From contig CAVXGR010000013.1 of assembly GCA_963761335.1 (NCBI GenBank), forward strand, positions 288,001 to 352,000: a stretch of DNA of 64,000 bases. The letters run 5' to 3'. Under the pieces are notes generated by a model. It did not search any database and had not been told where the DNA came from. It was given only the letters and a program-made list of their open reading frames with translations. Shown one piece after another: positions 18,415-26,778 of this stretch (positions are counted from its first letter, which is position 1; the number at the start of each line of letters is the position of its first letter). A program made the translations under genes and the position numbers. The stretch is from an uncultured delta proteobacterium. Its GTDB lineage: Bacteria > Desulfobacterota > Binatia > HRBIN30 > BPIQ01.

Positions 18415-18750
18415 TTAGCGCGCCGGACCACCGGGCGGCGGCCCCGCCGCGCCCACCGGCGGCTCGCCTGCCGCCGAGATCGGCGGCGGCCCCGCGGCAC
18501 CGACCGGAGGCGCTCCGGCGGCGCCGAAGCGGCGCGCCCGCGCCGCCGGCAGGCGAACGCTCGAGCCCGTCTGCTGCCGCCTGCACGCTGCCACGTCCGC
18601 AGACCGCATCCCGATGCGACGCGCCGTCTCGACGACACTGTATCCCTGACTCAGCAGCGACTGGGCGGCGCCGCAGTCGCCGGCCGCGCAAGGGGCCGCC
18701 ATTGCTGCGAGAAGAACGACTCCGAGCACACCTGTAGCTTTCTTGATCAT
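18415..18750 (-). CDS. Small secreted hypothetical protein with 4x 8-aa GAAGxPP repeats
   Basis: GGAGG RBS; signal peptide MIKKATGVLGVVLLAAMAAPCAA. Confidence 0.6.
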   Translation of the reverse strand: MIKKATGVLGVVLLAAMAAPCAAGDCGAAQSLLSQGYSVVETARRIGMRSADVAACRRQQTGSSVRLPAARARRFGAAGAPPVGAAGPPPISAAGEPPVGAAGPPPGGPAR

Positions 18751-18974
18751 CGCGCCTCCGTTTCGGGCCCGGGCTCCGACGCCCGAACTATACTGCCGCG
18801 CCTCTCGCGCAGGCAAGGGGGCCTCCCCATGGCGCCTTTTTCCCTCGGGGTGGCTGCGCTATAGGTGCGAGAGCAGGAGTGCGCCACGACCTCGACCTAC
18901 CGCGAGTCGGGGTCGTGGGCGCGCCGCTGCATCGCCATGGACGCTCTGGAGACGAACTGACCTCTTCCGACCCA

Positions 18975-19865
18975 ATGCGCAAGCCATCCCGGCTGCGGAG
19001 CGGCGACACCATCGGCGTCGTCGCTCCTGGAGGTCCGGTGGACCCCGAGGCGCTCGACCGCGGCGTCTCGGTGATCGAGGAGCTCGGCTTCCGCGTCCGC
19101 ATCGGCGCTGCGGCGCGGCAGCGACGGCATTACCTGGCCGGCGATGATGCCGCGCGGGCCCGCGATCTGACCGAGCTCGCCGCAGATGACGGTGTCGCCG
19201 CGATCATCGCCGCCCGCGGCGGCTACGGCTGCGGCCGGCTCCTTTCTCTGTACGACCCCGCCGCCTTCCGGCGCCGACCCAAGGCCGTGGTCGGCCACAG
19301 CGACGTGACCTTCTTGCTCAACGACCTCGTGCGACGCGCCGGGCTGGTCACCTTCCACGGCCCGATGGTCTCCTGGTTCGACGACAAGCGAGCGGGGGCT
19401 GCGGCCCTCTTCGACATGCTCGCCGGCGGCACGCCGCCGGCGCTCGAGGCGACCGACGTCTTCCGCGACGGCGAGGCGAGCGGCGTTCTCGTCGGCGGCT
19501 GCCTGGCGATCGTCGCCGCCACGCTGGGAACGCCCTACCAGATCGACACCCGCGGCCGACTGTTGTTCCTCGAGGACGTCAACGAGGCCCCCTTTCGCCT
19601 CGACCGCATGCTCACGCAGCTCCGACAGGCCGGCGTCCTGGATGGAATCGCCGGTCTCATCTTCGGCGAGATGCCCGGCTGCTTCCGCGAGGACAGCGAG
19701 GTCACCCTCGCCGACGTCGTCGCCGGTGTCTGTGGCGACGCCGAATACCCGATCGTCGCCGGCGTGCCGAGTGGTCACGGCAGCGGCCGCGGCACCCTGC
19801 CACTCGGCATGTCCGCCCGGCTCGCGGGAGCGCGCCTCCACTGGCAGGAGCTGCCGGTCGCATGA
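18975..19865 (+). CDS. ldcA: LD-carboxypeptidase (peptidase S66)
   Basis: RGGYG, GHSD (Ser), HGPM, LEDVNE (Glu) and GHG (His) motifs. Confidence 0.92.
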   Translation: MRKPSRLRSGDTIGVVAPGGPVDPEALDRGVSVIEELGFRVRIGAAARQRRHYLAGDDAARARDLTELAADDGVAAIIAARGGYGCGRLLSLYDPAAFRRRPKAVVGHSDVTFLLNDLVRRAGLVTFHGPMVSWFDDKRAGAAALFDMLAGGTPPALEATDVFRDGEASGVLVGGCLAIVAATLGTPYQIDTRGRLLFLEDVNEAPFRLDRMLTQLRQAGVLDGIAGLIFGEMPGCFREDSEVTLADVVAGVCGDAEYPIVAGVPSGHGSGRGTLPLGMSARLAGARLHWQELPVA

Positions 19866-20989
19866 GCTTCACCGCCGTCGAGCGCGAGATGGATGCCGCC
19901 GTCGAGCGGCGTGTGTTTCCCGGCGCCGTGCTTCTGGTGCGGCAGGGGACGCGCGTCTTCTACCACCGCGCCTTCGGCCATCGCAGCGTCGAGCCGGAGG
20001 TGACGCCGATGCGCGACGACACGATCTTCGACCTGTCCTCACTCACCAAGCCGCTGGCGACCAGCGTGGCGGTGATGCTCCTCATCAAGGAAGGCAAGCT
20101 GAAGCTCGACGACCGCGTGACGCGCTTCTTCCACAACTTCGGCGTGCACGGAAAGACGCACGTCACCTTTCGCCATCTCCTCAATCATTCCTCCGGGCTG
20201 CCGGCATGGCGGCCGTACCACAAGATGGTGCTGCAGCAGCAGCGCAAGGGCGGCAAGCTCAACTTCATGGCGAGCCCCGCCGCGAAATCATTCGTCTACC
20301 AGGAGATCCACCGCGAGAAGGCCGAGTTCGCGCCCGGGGAACGGGTGCTCTACAGCGATCTCGGCTTCATGCTTCTCGGCGAAGCGGTGGAGGAGATCTC
20401 CGGCATGGCGCTCAACCGCTTCTGTCAGGAACGCGTCTTCCGGCCGCTCAGCCTGCGGGCGATGTCGTTCGTCGACCTCTCGCTGCTGCGCACCCGGCGC
20501 CTCGAGCCGGTCGCCGAGATGATCGCGCCGACCGAGCGCTGTCCCTGGCGCAAGAAGATTCTCTGCGGCGAGGTTCACGACGACAACGCCTGGGCCATGG
20601 GAGGCGTCGCCGGCCACGCCGGGCTCTTCGCCTCGGCAAAGGAGATCGACACGCTGATGACGCGGCTGAAGGAATGCTACCTCGGCTACCATCCGATGAT
20701 TCCCCAGAAGATCATCGGCCAGTTCTGGAACCGCGACGACTCCGTACCGGGCTCCAGCTGGGGGCTCGGCTGGGACACCCCTTCTGCGGAGGGCTCGACC
20801 TCGGGAACGACCTTCACGCCGCACTCGGTCGGGCACCTGGGCTTCACCGGGACCTCCCTGTGGCTCGACCTGGAGCGCGACCTCCTGGTCATCCTGCTCA
20901 CCAACCGCGTCCACCCCGATCGCAACAACGATCTCATCCGCGATTTTCGGCCGATGATTCACGATCTCATCTCCAAGGCGGTGGCCTGA
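19862..20989 (+). CDS. Serine hydrolase, beta-lactamase fold (AmiE/YbbE-like)
   Basis: SLTK, YSD, GEVHDDNA, GHAGLF and GHLGFTGT motifs; ATGA overlap with ldcA; no signal peptide. Confidence 0.88.
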   Translation: MSFTAVEREMDAAVERRVFPGAVLLVRQGTRVFYHRAFGHRSVEPEVTPMRDDTIFDLSSLTKPLATSVAVMLLIKEGKLKLDDRVTRFFHNFGVHGKTHVTFRHLLNHSSGLPAWRPYHKMVLQQQRKGGKLNFMASPAAKSFVYQEIHREKAEFAPGERVLYSDLGFMLLGEAVEEISGMALNRFCQERVFRPLSLRAMSFVDLSLLRTRRLEPVAEMIAPTERCPWRKKILCGEVHDDNAWAMGGVAGHAGLFASAKEIDTLMTRLKECYLGYHPMIPQKIIGQFWNRDDSVPGSSWGLGWDTPSAEGSTSGTTFTPHSVGHLGFTGTSLWLDLERDLLVILLTNRVHPDRNNDLIRDFRPMIHDLISKAVA

Positions 20990-20993
20990 GGCC

Positions 20994-22445
20994 GTGAGCA
21001 GGGAACGCAAGCCCGTCGAGGACGTCTCGCGGCTGCCCCCGGGCAGCCGCATTCACATGATCGCCATCTGCGGCGTCGGCATGACCGCCGTGGCCGGCAT
21101 GCTCAAGCAGCGCGGCTACGCGGTGAGCGGCTCGGACGAGAACGTCTATCCCCCGATGAGCACCGTGCTCGAGCGCTTCGGCATACCCATCCATCAAGGC
21201 TTCAGCGCCGAAAACCTCAGGGAGCGCCCCGATCTGGTGATCGTCGGCAACACCGTGTCGCGCGGCAACCCCGAGGTCGCCGCCCTGCTTGCCGGCGATC
21301 TGCCCTTCGCCTCCTTCCCGCAGATTCTCGGACAGCTCTTCCTCGCCCACAAGCGCTCCGTGGTGATCGCCGGCACCCATGGCAAGAGCACCTCGACGGC
21401 GCTCATGGGTTGGGTTCTCGAGCAGGCCGGCCGTGATCCGAGCCTGATGGTCGGCGGCGAATCGCTCGACTTCAGCGGCAACTTCAAGCTCGGCGCCGGC
21501 GCCGAGTTCGTCGTCGAGGGCGACGAGTACGACACTGCCTTCTTCGACAAGGGCCCCAAGTTTCTTCACTACCGCGCCCGCGCCCTGCTGCTGACCGCGG
21601 TCGAGTTCGACCACGCCGACATCTACCGCGACCTCGACCACGTGAAGTCGGCCTTCCGGCGCCTGCTCGGCTCTCTCGCCGCAGGCACGCCGGTGGTGGT
21701 CAGCGCGGACTTCCCGCACGCCGTCGACGTCGCCCGGCAGGAAGGCGGCGCCTTCGAGACCTTCGGGCTCGACAGCGGCGCCGATTGGCGGGCCGTCGAT
21801 CTCGCCGACACCGGCAGCGAGTCGCGCTTCCGCGTCGTGCACGGCGGCCGCGTCGAAGTGGAGGCCTTCATCCGCGCTCCCGGAGCCATCAACGTGCGCA
21901 ACGCCCTCGGCGTCTATGCCCTGGGGCGTCACCTCGGGCTCGAGCCGGACGAGATTCTCCCCGGCCTGCGCAGCTTCCGCGGCGTGGCGCGGCGCCAGGA
22001 GCTGGTCGGCGAGCTCGGCGGGGTCACGGTGATCGACGACTTCGCCCATCACCCGACGGCGGTGAGCGGCGCCATTCAGGCGATGCGCGGCCGCTACGGG
22101 CAGCGGCGTCTGTGGGCAGTGTTCGAGCCGCGCTCGAACACCAGCAGGAGAAAGGTCTTCCAGCGCGAGTACGTCGAGGCGCTGGCCGCCGCCGACCGCG
22201 TCATCGTCGGCGGCGTGCTGCAGAAGAAGACCGACCCGGTGGCAGCCGCCGAGATGTTCTCCCCGGAGCAGCTGGTGGCGGACCTGCGCCGCCGCGGCGT
22301 GGCGGCGCGCAGCCTCGCCGACGCCGACGAAATCGCCGGCGTTCTCGCCTCCGAGGCTGAGAGCGGCGACGTCATCCTGCTCATGTCGAACGGCAGCTTC
22401 GGCGGCCTGCGCACCAAGCTCGCCGCGCGCCTGGCGGCGCGCTAG
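20994..22445 (+). CDS. mpl: UDP-MurNAc:L-Ala-gamma-D-Glu-meso-DAP ligase (murein peptide ligase)
   Basis: ICGVGM, GSD..YPPMS, GTHGKST, EGDEYDTAFFDK, DDFAHHPTA, FEPRSNT and MSNGSFGG motifs. Confidence 0.93.
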   Translation: MSRERKPVEDVSRLPPGSRIHMIAICGVGMTAVAGMLKQRGYAVSGSDENVYPPMSTVLERFGIPIHQGFSAENLRERPDLVIVGNTVSRGNPEVAALLAGDLPFASFPQILGQLFLAHKRSVVIAGTHGKSTSTALMGWVLEQAGRDPSLMVGGESLDFSGNFKLGAGAEFVVEGDEYDTAFFDKGPKFLHYRARALLLTAVEFDHADIYRDLDHVKSAFRRLLGSLAAGTPVVVSADFPHAVDVARQEGGAFETFGLDSGADWRAVDLADTGSESRFRVVHGGRVEVEAFIRAPGAINVRNALGVYALGRHLGLEPDEILPGLRSFRGVARRQELVGELGGVTVIDDFAHHPTAVSGAIQAMRGRYGQRRLWAVFEPRSNTSRRKVFQREYVEALAAADRVIVGGVLQKKTDPVAAAEMFSPEQLVADLRRRGVAARSLADADEIAGVLASEAESGDVILLMSNGSFGGLRTKLAARLAAR

Positions 22446-22497
22446 CCAAGGTTCGACGTCGTGCGCGCCGCGATCCATCGGCATCTCCGCGGGGCAA

Positions 22498-22521
22498 GTA
22501 GAAGCGGCGTCTCGCCGCTTC
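22498..22521 (+). repeat. GTAG-type REP palindrome
   Basis: GTAG-AAGCGGCG-TCT-CGCCGCTT; second copy at 39233. Confidence 0.6.
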
Positions 22522-22641
22522 GGAAAGCGCCGGGGCGGCGCGGTGGCCGAGACGGCGCGTCCCGGCAGCCCGCACGCCTGGCGAGTGTTCTCCTTCAAGA
22601 GTGGGAATCGCAGTGCGGATGACCATGCGCTAGGGTAGCGC

Positions 22642-23412
22642 ATGCCTTTCGCCGATGTCCCTGGCGTTTCGCTCTACTACGAGATTCACGGCAGCGGTCC
22701 GTGGCTGGTCTTCGCGCATGGGGCCGGCGGCAACCACCTCTCGTGGTTCGAACAGGTTCCCGCCTTTCGCGATCGGTACCGCTGCCTGATCTACGATCAG
22801 CGCGGCTGGGGCCGCTCCGCCTGCGATGGCTGCCCCGATCCCGCCGCCTTCGCCGGCGATCTCCTGGCGCTGCTCGATCACCTCGGCGCCGAGCGCGCCG
22901 CGCTGGTCGGTCAGTCGATGGGGGGCTGGAGCGTTCTCGGCGCGACTCTGGCGGCCCCGGCGCGGGTGACGCATCTCGTCCTCACCGGCACCATCGCCGG
23001 CCTCACCGACGACGACATGCTCAGGCGGCTGATCGAAGGACACGATCCGACGGCGGAGTTCGACCCGCACCTGGCGCTGGCGGCGGACTTCCCCAAGCGC
23101 GATCCGGCGAAGACCTTCCTCTACGACGAGATCGCCGCGATGAACCCGCCGATGGTTGCGGAGTTCCTGCCGGCGCTGATCCGCCTCCGCTACGCCGTTC
23201 CCGCGAAAGCGCCGCGAATGCCGCTGCGGCTCATCGCCGGCGACGGCGACCGCCTCTTTCCCCCCGAGCTGATCCGCGCCGCGCACGCCAAGCTGCCGGG
23301 CGCCGACCTGGTGATGGTGGCGGGCGCCGGCCACTCGGTCTATTTCGAGCGGCCCGGCGACTTCAATGGCGCTCTCGCCGAGCTCCTGCAGCGTCCGGGA
23401 GGAGACACCTGA
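22642..23412 (+). CDS. Alpha/beta hydrolase
   Basis: HGAGG, DQRGWGRS, GQSMGG nucleophile elbow, AGH..FE. Confidence 0.9.
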   Translation: MPFADVPGVSLYYEIHGSGPWLVFAHGAGGNHLSWFEQVPAFRDRYRCLIYDQRGWGRSACDGCPDPAAFAGDLLALLDHLGAERAALVGQSMGGWSVLGATLAAPARVTHLVLTGTIAGLTDDDMLRRLIEGHDPTAEFDPHLALAADFPKRDPAKTFLYDEIAAMNPPMVAEFLPALIRLRYAVPAKAPRMPLRLIAGDGDRLFPPELIRAAHAKLPGADLVMVAGAGHSVYFERPGDFNGALAELLQRPGGDT

Positions 23413-23413
23413 G

Positions 23414-24205
23414 ATGGCTCGACTGACGTCGTGGCAGGGAAAGGTGGCTCTGGTCACCGGCGCCTCGAGCGGTATTGGGCGACTGCTCAGCCTGCGCCTG
23501 GCGCGGGCCGGCGCCCGACTCGCCCTGGTGGCGCGCCGCGCCGAGCTACTCGAGCGGCTCGCCCAGGAGATTTCCGGCTTCGCCGAGGCGCCGCTGGTGC
23601 TGCCGTGCGACGTTGCCGAGCGCCCCCATGTCGACAGCGCCGCCGAGCGCGCGCTCGGGCACTTCGGCAAGGTCGATGTCCTCGTCAACAACGCCGGTTA
23701 CGGCCATCACCGCCGCTTCCTCGATTGGGACGTCGCCGACATCGAGCGCATGATGCGCGTCAATTACCTCGGCACGGTGTACTGGACGAAGGCGCTGCTG
23801 CCGCAGATGGTCGAGCGGCGCAGCGGCTGGATCGTCTTCATGGCCTCGGTCGCCGGCAAGATCGGCGTTCCCGACGAGAGTGCCTACGTGGCCTCCAAGT
23901 TCGCGATGGTCGGCCTCGCCGAGGCGCTGTCGCTCGAGGTGGAGAGCGACGGCGTCCATGTCCTCACCGTCTGCCCCGGCGCCATCGACACCGAGTTCTT
24001 CGACGCCGAAGCCCTGGAACGCATGCCGGCGGTGGCGCGCCGTTCGATGATCGAGCCCGAGCGCGTGGTGGACGGCCTGATGCGTGCCCTGGCGCGCGGG
24101 CGGAGCGAGGTCACCATCCCCGGCTCGATCGCCGGCGCCTATCTGGTTCGCGCCGCAGCGCCCGCGTTGATGCGGCGGGGACTCAGGAGAGCTACGCTGA
24201 GATAG
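23414..24205 (+). CDS. SDR oxidoreductase
   Basis: TGASSGIG, NNAG and YVASK motifs. Confidence 0.92.
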   Translation: MARLTSWQGKVALVTGASSGIGRLLSLRLARAGARLALVARRAELLERLAQEISGFAEAPLVLPCDVAERPHVDSAAERALGHFGKVDVLVNNAGYGHHRRFLDWDVADIERMMRVNYLGTVYWTKALLPQMVERRSGWIVFMASVAGKIGVPDESAYVASKFAMVGLAEALSLEVESDGVHVLTVCPGAIDTEFFDAEALERMPAVARRSMIEPERVVDGLMRALARGRSEVTIPGSIAGAYLVRAAAPALMRRGLRRATLR

Positions 24206-24240
24206 TGACTCGGTGGCTCAGTATCTCAGTGGCTCGGTGG
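24205..24240 (+). repeat. 8-bp-period GTGGCTCR repeat array (left)
   Basis: GTGACTCG GTGGCTCA GTATCTCA GTGGCTCG GTGG. Confidence 0.7.
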
Positions 24241-24999
24241 AAGAGTTTTCGGGTTCGCGCCGCGGTGATCGTGCTTCTGGCGGCGTTGACTGCAGTCGGC
24301 TCTGCGGCCAGCGTCGACGACTTGCTGCATCAGGGTGACGCGCAGATCGCGCCGCAGGGAGACTATGTCGAGTCGCTGAAGCGCGCCGCGGCGCTCTACC
24401 AGCAGGCGGCGGAGCTCGACCCAAAGGATCCGCGGCCGCCGCTGCGGCTGGCGCGAACCTACTCCGCGATCGGCGATTGTCTCGAGCGCGGCCCCGACCT
24501 GCCGTGGTACCAGTGGGGCGAGCAGGCGGCGGAGCGCGCCCTGGCTCTCGACGAGCACAGCGCCGAGGCGCACTACTACTACGCTGCCACCCGCGGCAAT
24601 TCCCTCGACCAGCTTCCCTTCTGGAAGGTCTCTCCGTCGATGATCTCCGACATCGAGCACCACCTGCAGCGCGCCATCGATCTCGACCCGAAGCACGCCG
24701 GTGCCCTGCACATGATGGGCATGTTCCTCGACAGCGTTCCGGGGCCGCTGCGCCTGCTGCTCTCGGGCAAGAAGGACCAGGCCGAAGGCTACCTGCTGCG
24801 CGCCGTGGCGGCGGCGCCGCGCTGGTCGCTGCTGCGCTGGGACCTCGCCGAGTTCTACCGCAAGGCGGGCAAGAAGGAGCAGGCGACGCAGCAGCTCCGC
24901 GCCCTCCTGGCGCTCGAGAACCCGAACGATCCCTGGGAGTACGCCCATCGCTTTCGCCCCAAAGCGGAGGCGGCGCTCAAACAGACGGTGGCTCAGTGA
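24229..24999 (+). CDS. Secreted TPR-like helical repeat protein (start uncertain: GTG 24205, 24229 or 24265)
   Basis: Hydrophobic leader VIVLLAALTAVGSAA; TPR-like segments AAALYQQAAELDP, AERALALDEHSAEAHYYY, LQRAIDLDP. Confidence 0.75.
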   Translation: MARWKSFRVRAAVIVLLAALTAVGSAASVDDLLHQGDAQIAPQGDYVESLKRAAALYQQAAELDPKDPRPPLRLARTYSAIGDCLERGPDLPWYQWGEQAAERALALDEHSAEAHYYYAATRGNSLDQLPFWKVSPSMISDIEHHLQRAIDLDPKHAGALHMMGMFLDSVPGPLRLLLSGKKDQAEGYLLRAVAAAPRWSLLRWDLAEFYRKAGKKEQATQQLRALLALENPNDPWEYAHRFRPKAEAALKQTVAQ

Positions 25000-25079
25000 C
25001 TCGGTGGCGCGGTATCTCGGTGACGGGGACGAAACCGAGGCACCGAGACACTGAGCCACCGAGATACCGACCCCGTCCC
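24988..25079. repeat. 8-bp-period GTGGCTCR repeat array with inverted arm (right)
   Basis: GTGGCTCA GTGACTCG GTGGCGCG GTATCTCG GTGA ... ACCGAGGC ACCGAGAC ACTGAGCC ACCGAGAT ACCGA. Confidence 0.75.
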
Positions 25080-25118
25080 TTGCCTTCCCCCAGCGGCGGG
25101 CATACGCAGTGAAAGCGA

Positions 25119-25970
25119 GTGGACTATCGCGACCAAGTCGTCCTGGTGACCGGCGCCTCGTCGGGCATCGGCTACGCCACCGCGGAAGCCTTCGCGGCGC
25201 GCGGCGCCATCGTCGTCGGCGTAGCGCGGCGCGAAGACCGCCTGCAGCAGCTGATCGAGGTGTGCCGCCGGCACTCGCCGCAGTCGTGGTACATCGCCGG
25301 CGATCTGGGCGACCGATCGGTTGCCGAGGGCGCCGTGGACCAGACGGTCGCCCGGCACGGCCGGCTGGACATCCTGATCAACAACGCCGCCGTCTCCAAG
25401 CACAAGCAGATCTATCACATGTCCGCCGAGGAGGCGGAGTGGGTGATGCGGGTGAACTTCATGTCGAGCGTGTGGACGACGCTCGCGGCGATCTCGTGCA
25501 TGCTGCGCAGCGGCAGTGGCACCATCGTCAACGTCTCCTCGTTCGCCGCCAAGGTGGCGCCGCCAAGGGAGGCGATCTATGCCGCTTCGAAGGCGGCGAT
25601 GAACAGCTTCACCGAGGGCCTGTGGAACGACCTGGCGGGCTCCGGCATCCACGTGGCGCTGATCAACCCCGGTCCGATCGACACGGAGATCTGGCTGAAG
25701 GAAGACGAGCCGGTCGCCTACAACGGCAAGAAGTACCCGCCCGAGGTGGTGACCGCGGCGATCTTCGACGCCATCGACAATCGCCGCCACGAGCTGACCG
25801 TGCCGAGGCGGAACCCGGCGCTGCTGACGGCGCGCTTCCTGCGCCTCTTCGCCCCCGCCCTCTTGCGCTTCGGCATGGCCAGAACCGATCCCGTTCCCGC
25901 CGACGTGGTCGAGAAGGCGCGGCGGCGCGCCCGGCGCGGTCGCCGGCTCGGCGACCTGACAGAGGAGTGA
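25119..25970 (+). CDS. SDR oxidoreductase
   Basis: TGASSGIG, NNAA and YAASK motifs. Confidence 0.9.
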   Translation: MDYRDQVVLVTGASSGIGYATAEAFAARGAIVVGVARREDRLQQLIEVCRRHSPQSWYIAGDLGDRSVAEGAVDQTVARHGRLDILINNAAVSKHKQIYHMSAEEAEWVMRVNFMSSVWTTLAAISCMLRSGSGTIVNVSSFAAKVAPPREAIYAASKAAMNSFTEGLWNDLAGSGIHVALINPGPIDTEIWLKEDEPVAYNGKKYPPEVVTAAIFDAIDNRRHELTVPRRNPALLTARFLRLFAPALLRFGMARTDPVPADVVEKARRRARRGRRLGDLTEE

Positions 25971-25973
25971 CAC

Positions 25974-26768
25974 GTGCGTCTTCGCTTCGCAGTATTCATA
26001 CCGGTATTGCTTCTCGGCTCTTGCGCCGTCAGTCCCGAGGCGCGCTGGCAGCGACTCACGGCCGCGGGCGAGCAAGCCGCCACCAGCAGAGAGAAGACCG
26101 AAGCCAAGGAGAAGTTTACCGAGGCGCTGAAGCTGGCGGAGAAGCAGTTCGGCCGGAAGGATCTGCGTTACGTCGTCAGTTTGGTGAACCTCGCCGACGC
26201 CGAGGTACAGACGTTCGACTACGGCACGGCCGAGCAGCACTACAAGCGCGCCGAGCGCCTGCTGCTCCCGCAGCCGAACGGCGCCGCCCTCATGATCCGC
26301 ACCCGCGAGCACCTGGCGGAGATATTGAGCAAGCTGGGCCGCGACGACGAGGTGGCGCAGGTGTACATGCGCCTGATGCGGACCGCCGAGCTGAAGGAGG
26401 GACCGAACTCCCCGGAGGTGGCCAAGCGACTGACCGAGATGGCTCAGGTCTACCGATTCCACCGCAACCTGGAGAAGGCGCGCCCGCTCTATGAGCACGC
26501 CCTCAAGATCCTCGAGTCGTCCCCGGACGCCGACCCCGCTCTTCTCGCCACGACCCTGATGCAGCTGGCGTTCATCTACCGCCAAGCCGGTGACTGCGAG
26601 GAGGCAGCGGTGATGTACACCCGGGGAGCGCAGGCCTGGGCCAAGGTGCCGGGGCATGCCGGCAGCGGCGGCAAAGCGCCGAGCGCGGAAGAGTGGCTGA
26701 AGGGATGTAAAGCCGCGAAGCAGGACCAGCGTCTTCCCGGCCACTCACCGCACCGCCGGAAACCCTGA
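25974..26768 (+). CDS. TPR-repeat lipoprotein
   Basis: Lipobox LLGSC; kinesin-light-chain-like TPR repeats (ARPLYEHALKI). Confidence 0.8.
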   Translation: MRLRFAVFIPVLLLGSCAVSPEARWQRLTAAGEQAATSREKTEAKEKFTEALKLAEKQFGRKDLRYVVSLVNLADAEVQTFDYGTAEQHYKRAERLLLPQPNGAALMIRTREHLAEILSKLGRDDEVAQVYMRLMRTAELKEGPNSPEVAKRLTEMAQVYRFHRNLEKARPLYEHALKILESSPDADPALLATTLMQLAFIYRQAGDCEEAAVMYTRGAQAWAKVPGHAGSGGKAPSAEEWLKGCKAAKQDQRLPGHSPHRRKP

Positions 26769-26778
26769 GGTGTGCAGC

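Noticed and set aside
19862..20989. Antibiotic-resistance class C beta-lactamase
   Set aside because: No signal peptide; YSD/HLG motifs and ldcA-mpl context favour a recycling hydrolase
23431..24204. N-terminal half of the 522-aa ORF
   Set aside because: Alternate frame of the SDR gene; only 24205/24229-24999 looks protein-like
24205..25079. Possible CRISPR array
   Set aside because: Units are 8-bp degenerate tandem repeats without unique spacers, and there are no cas genes
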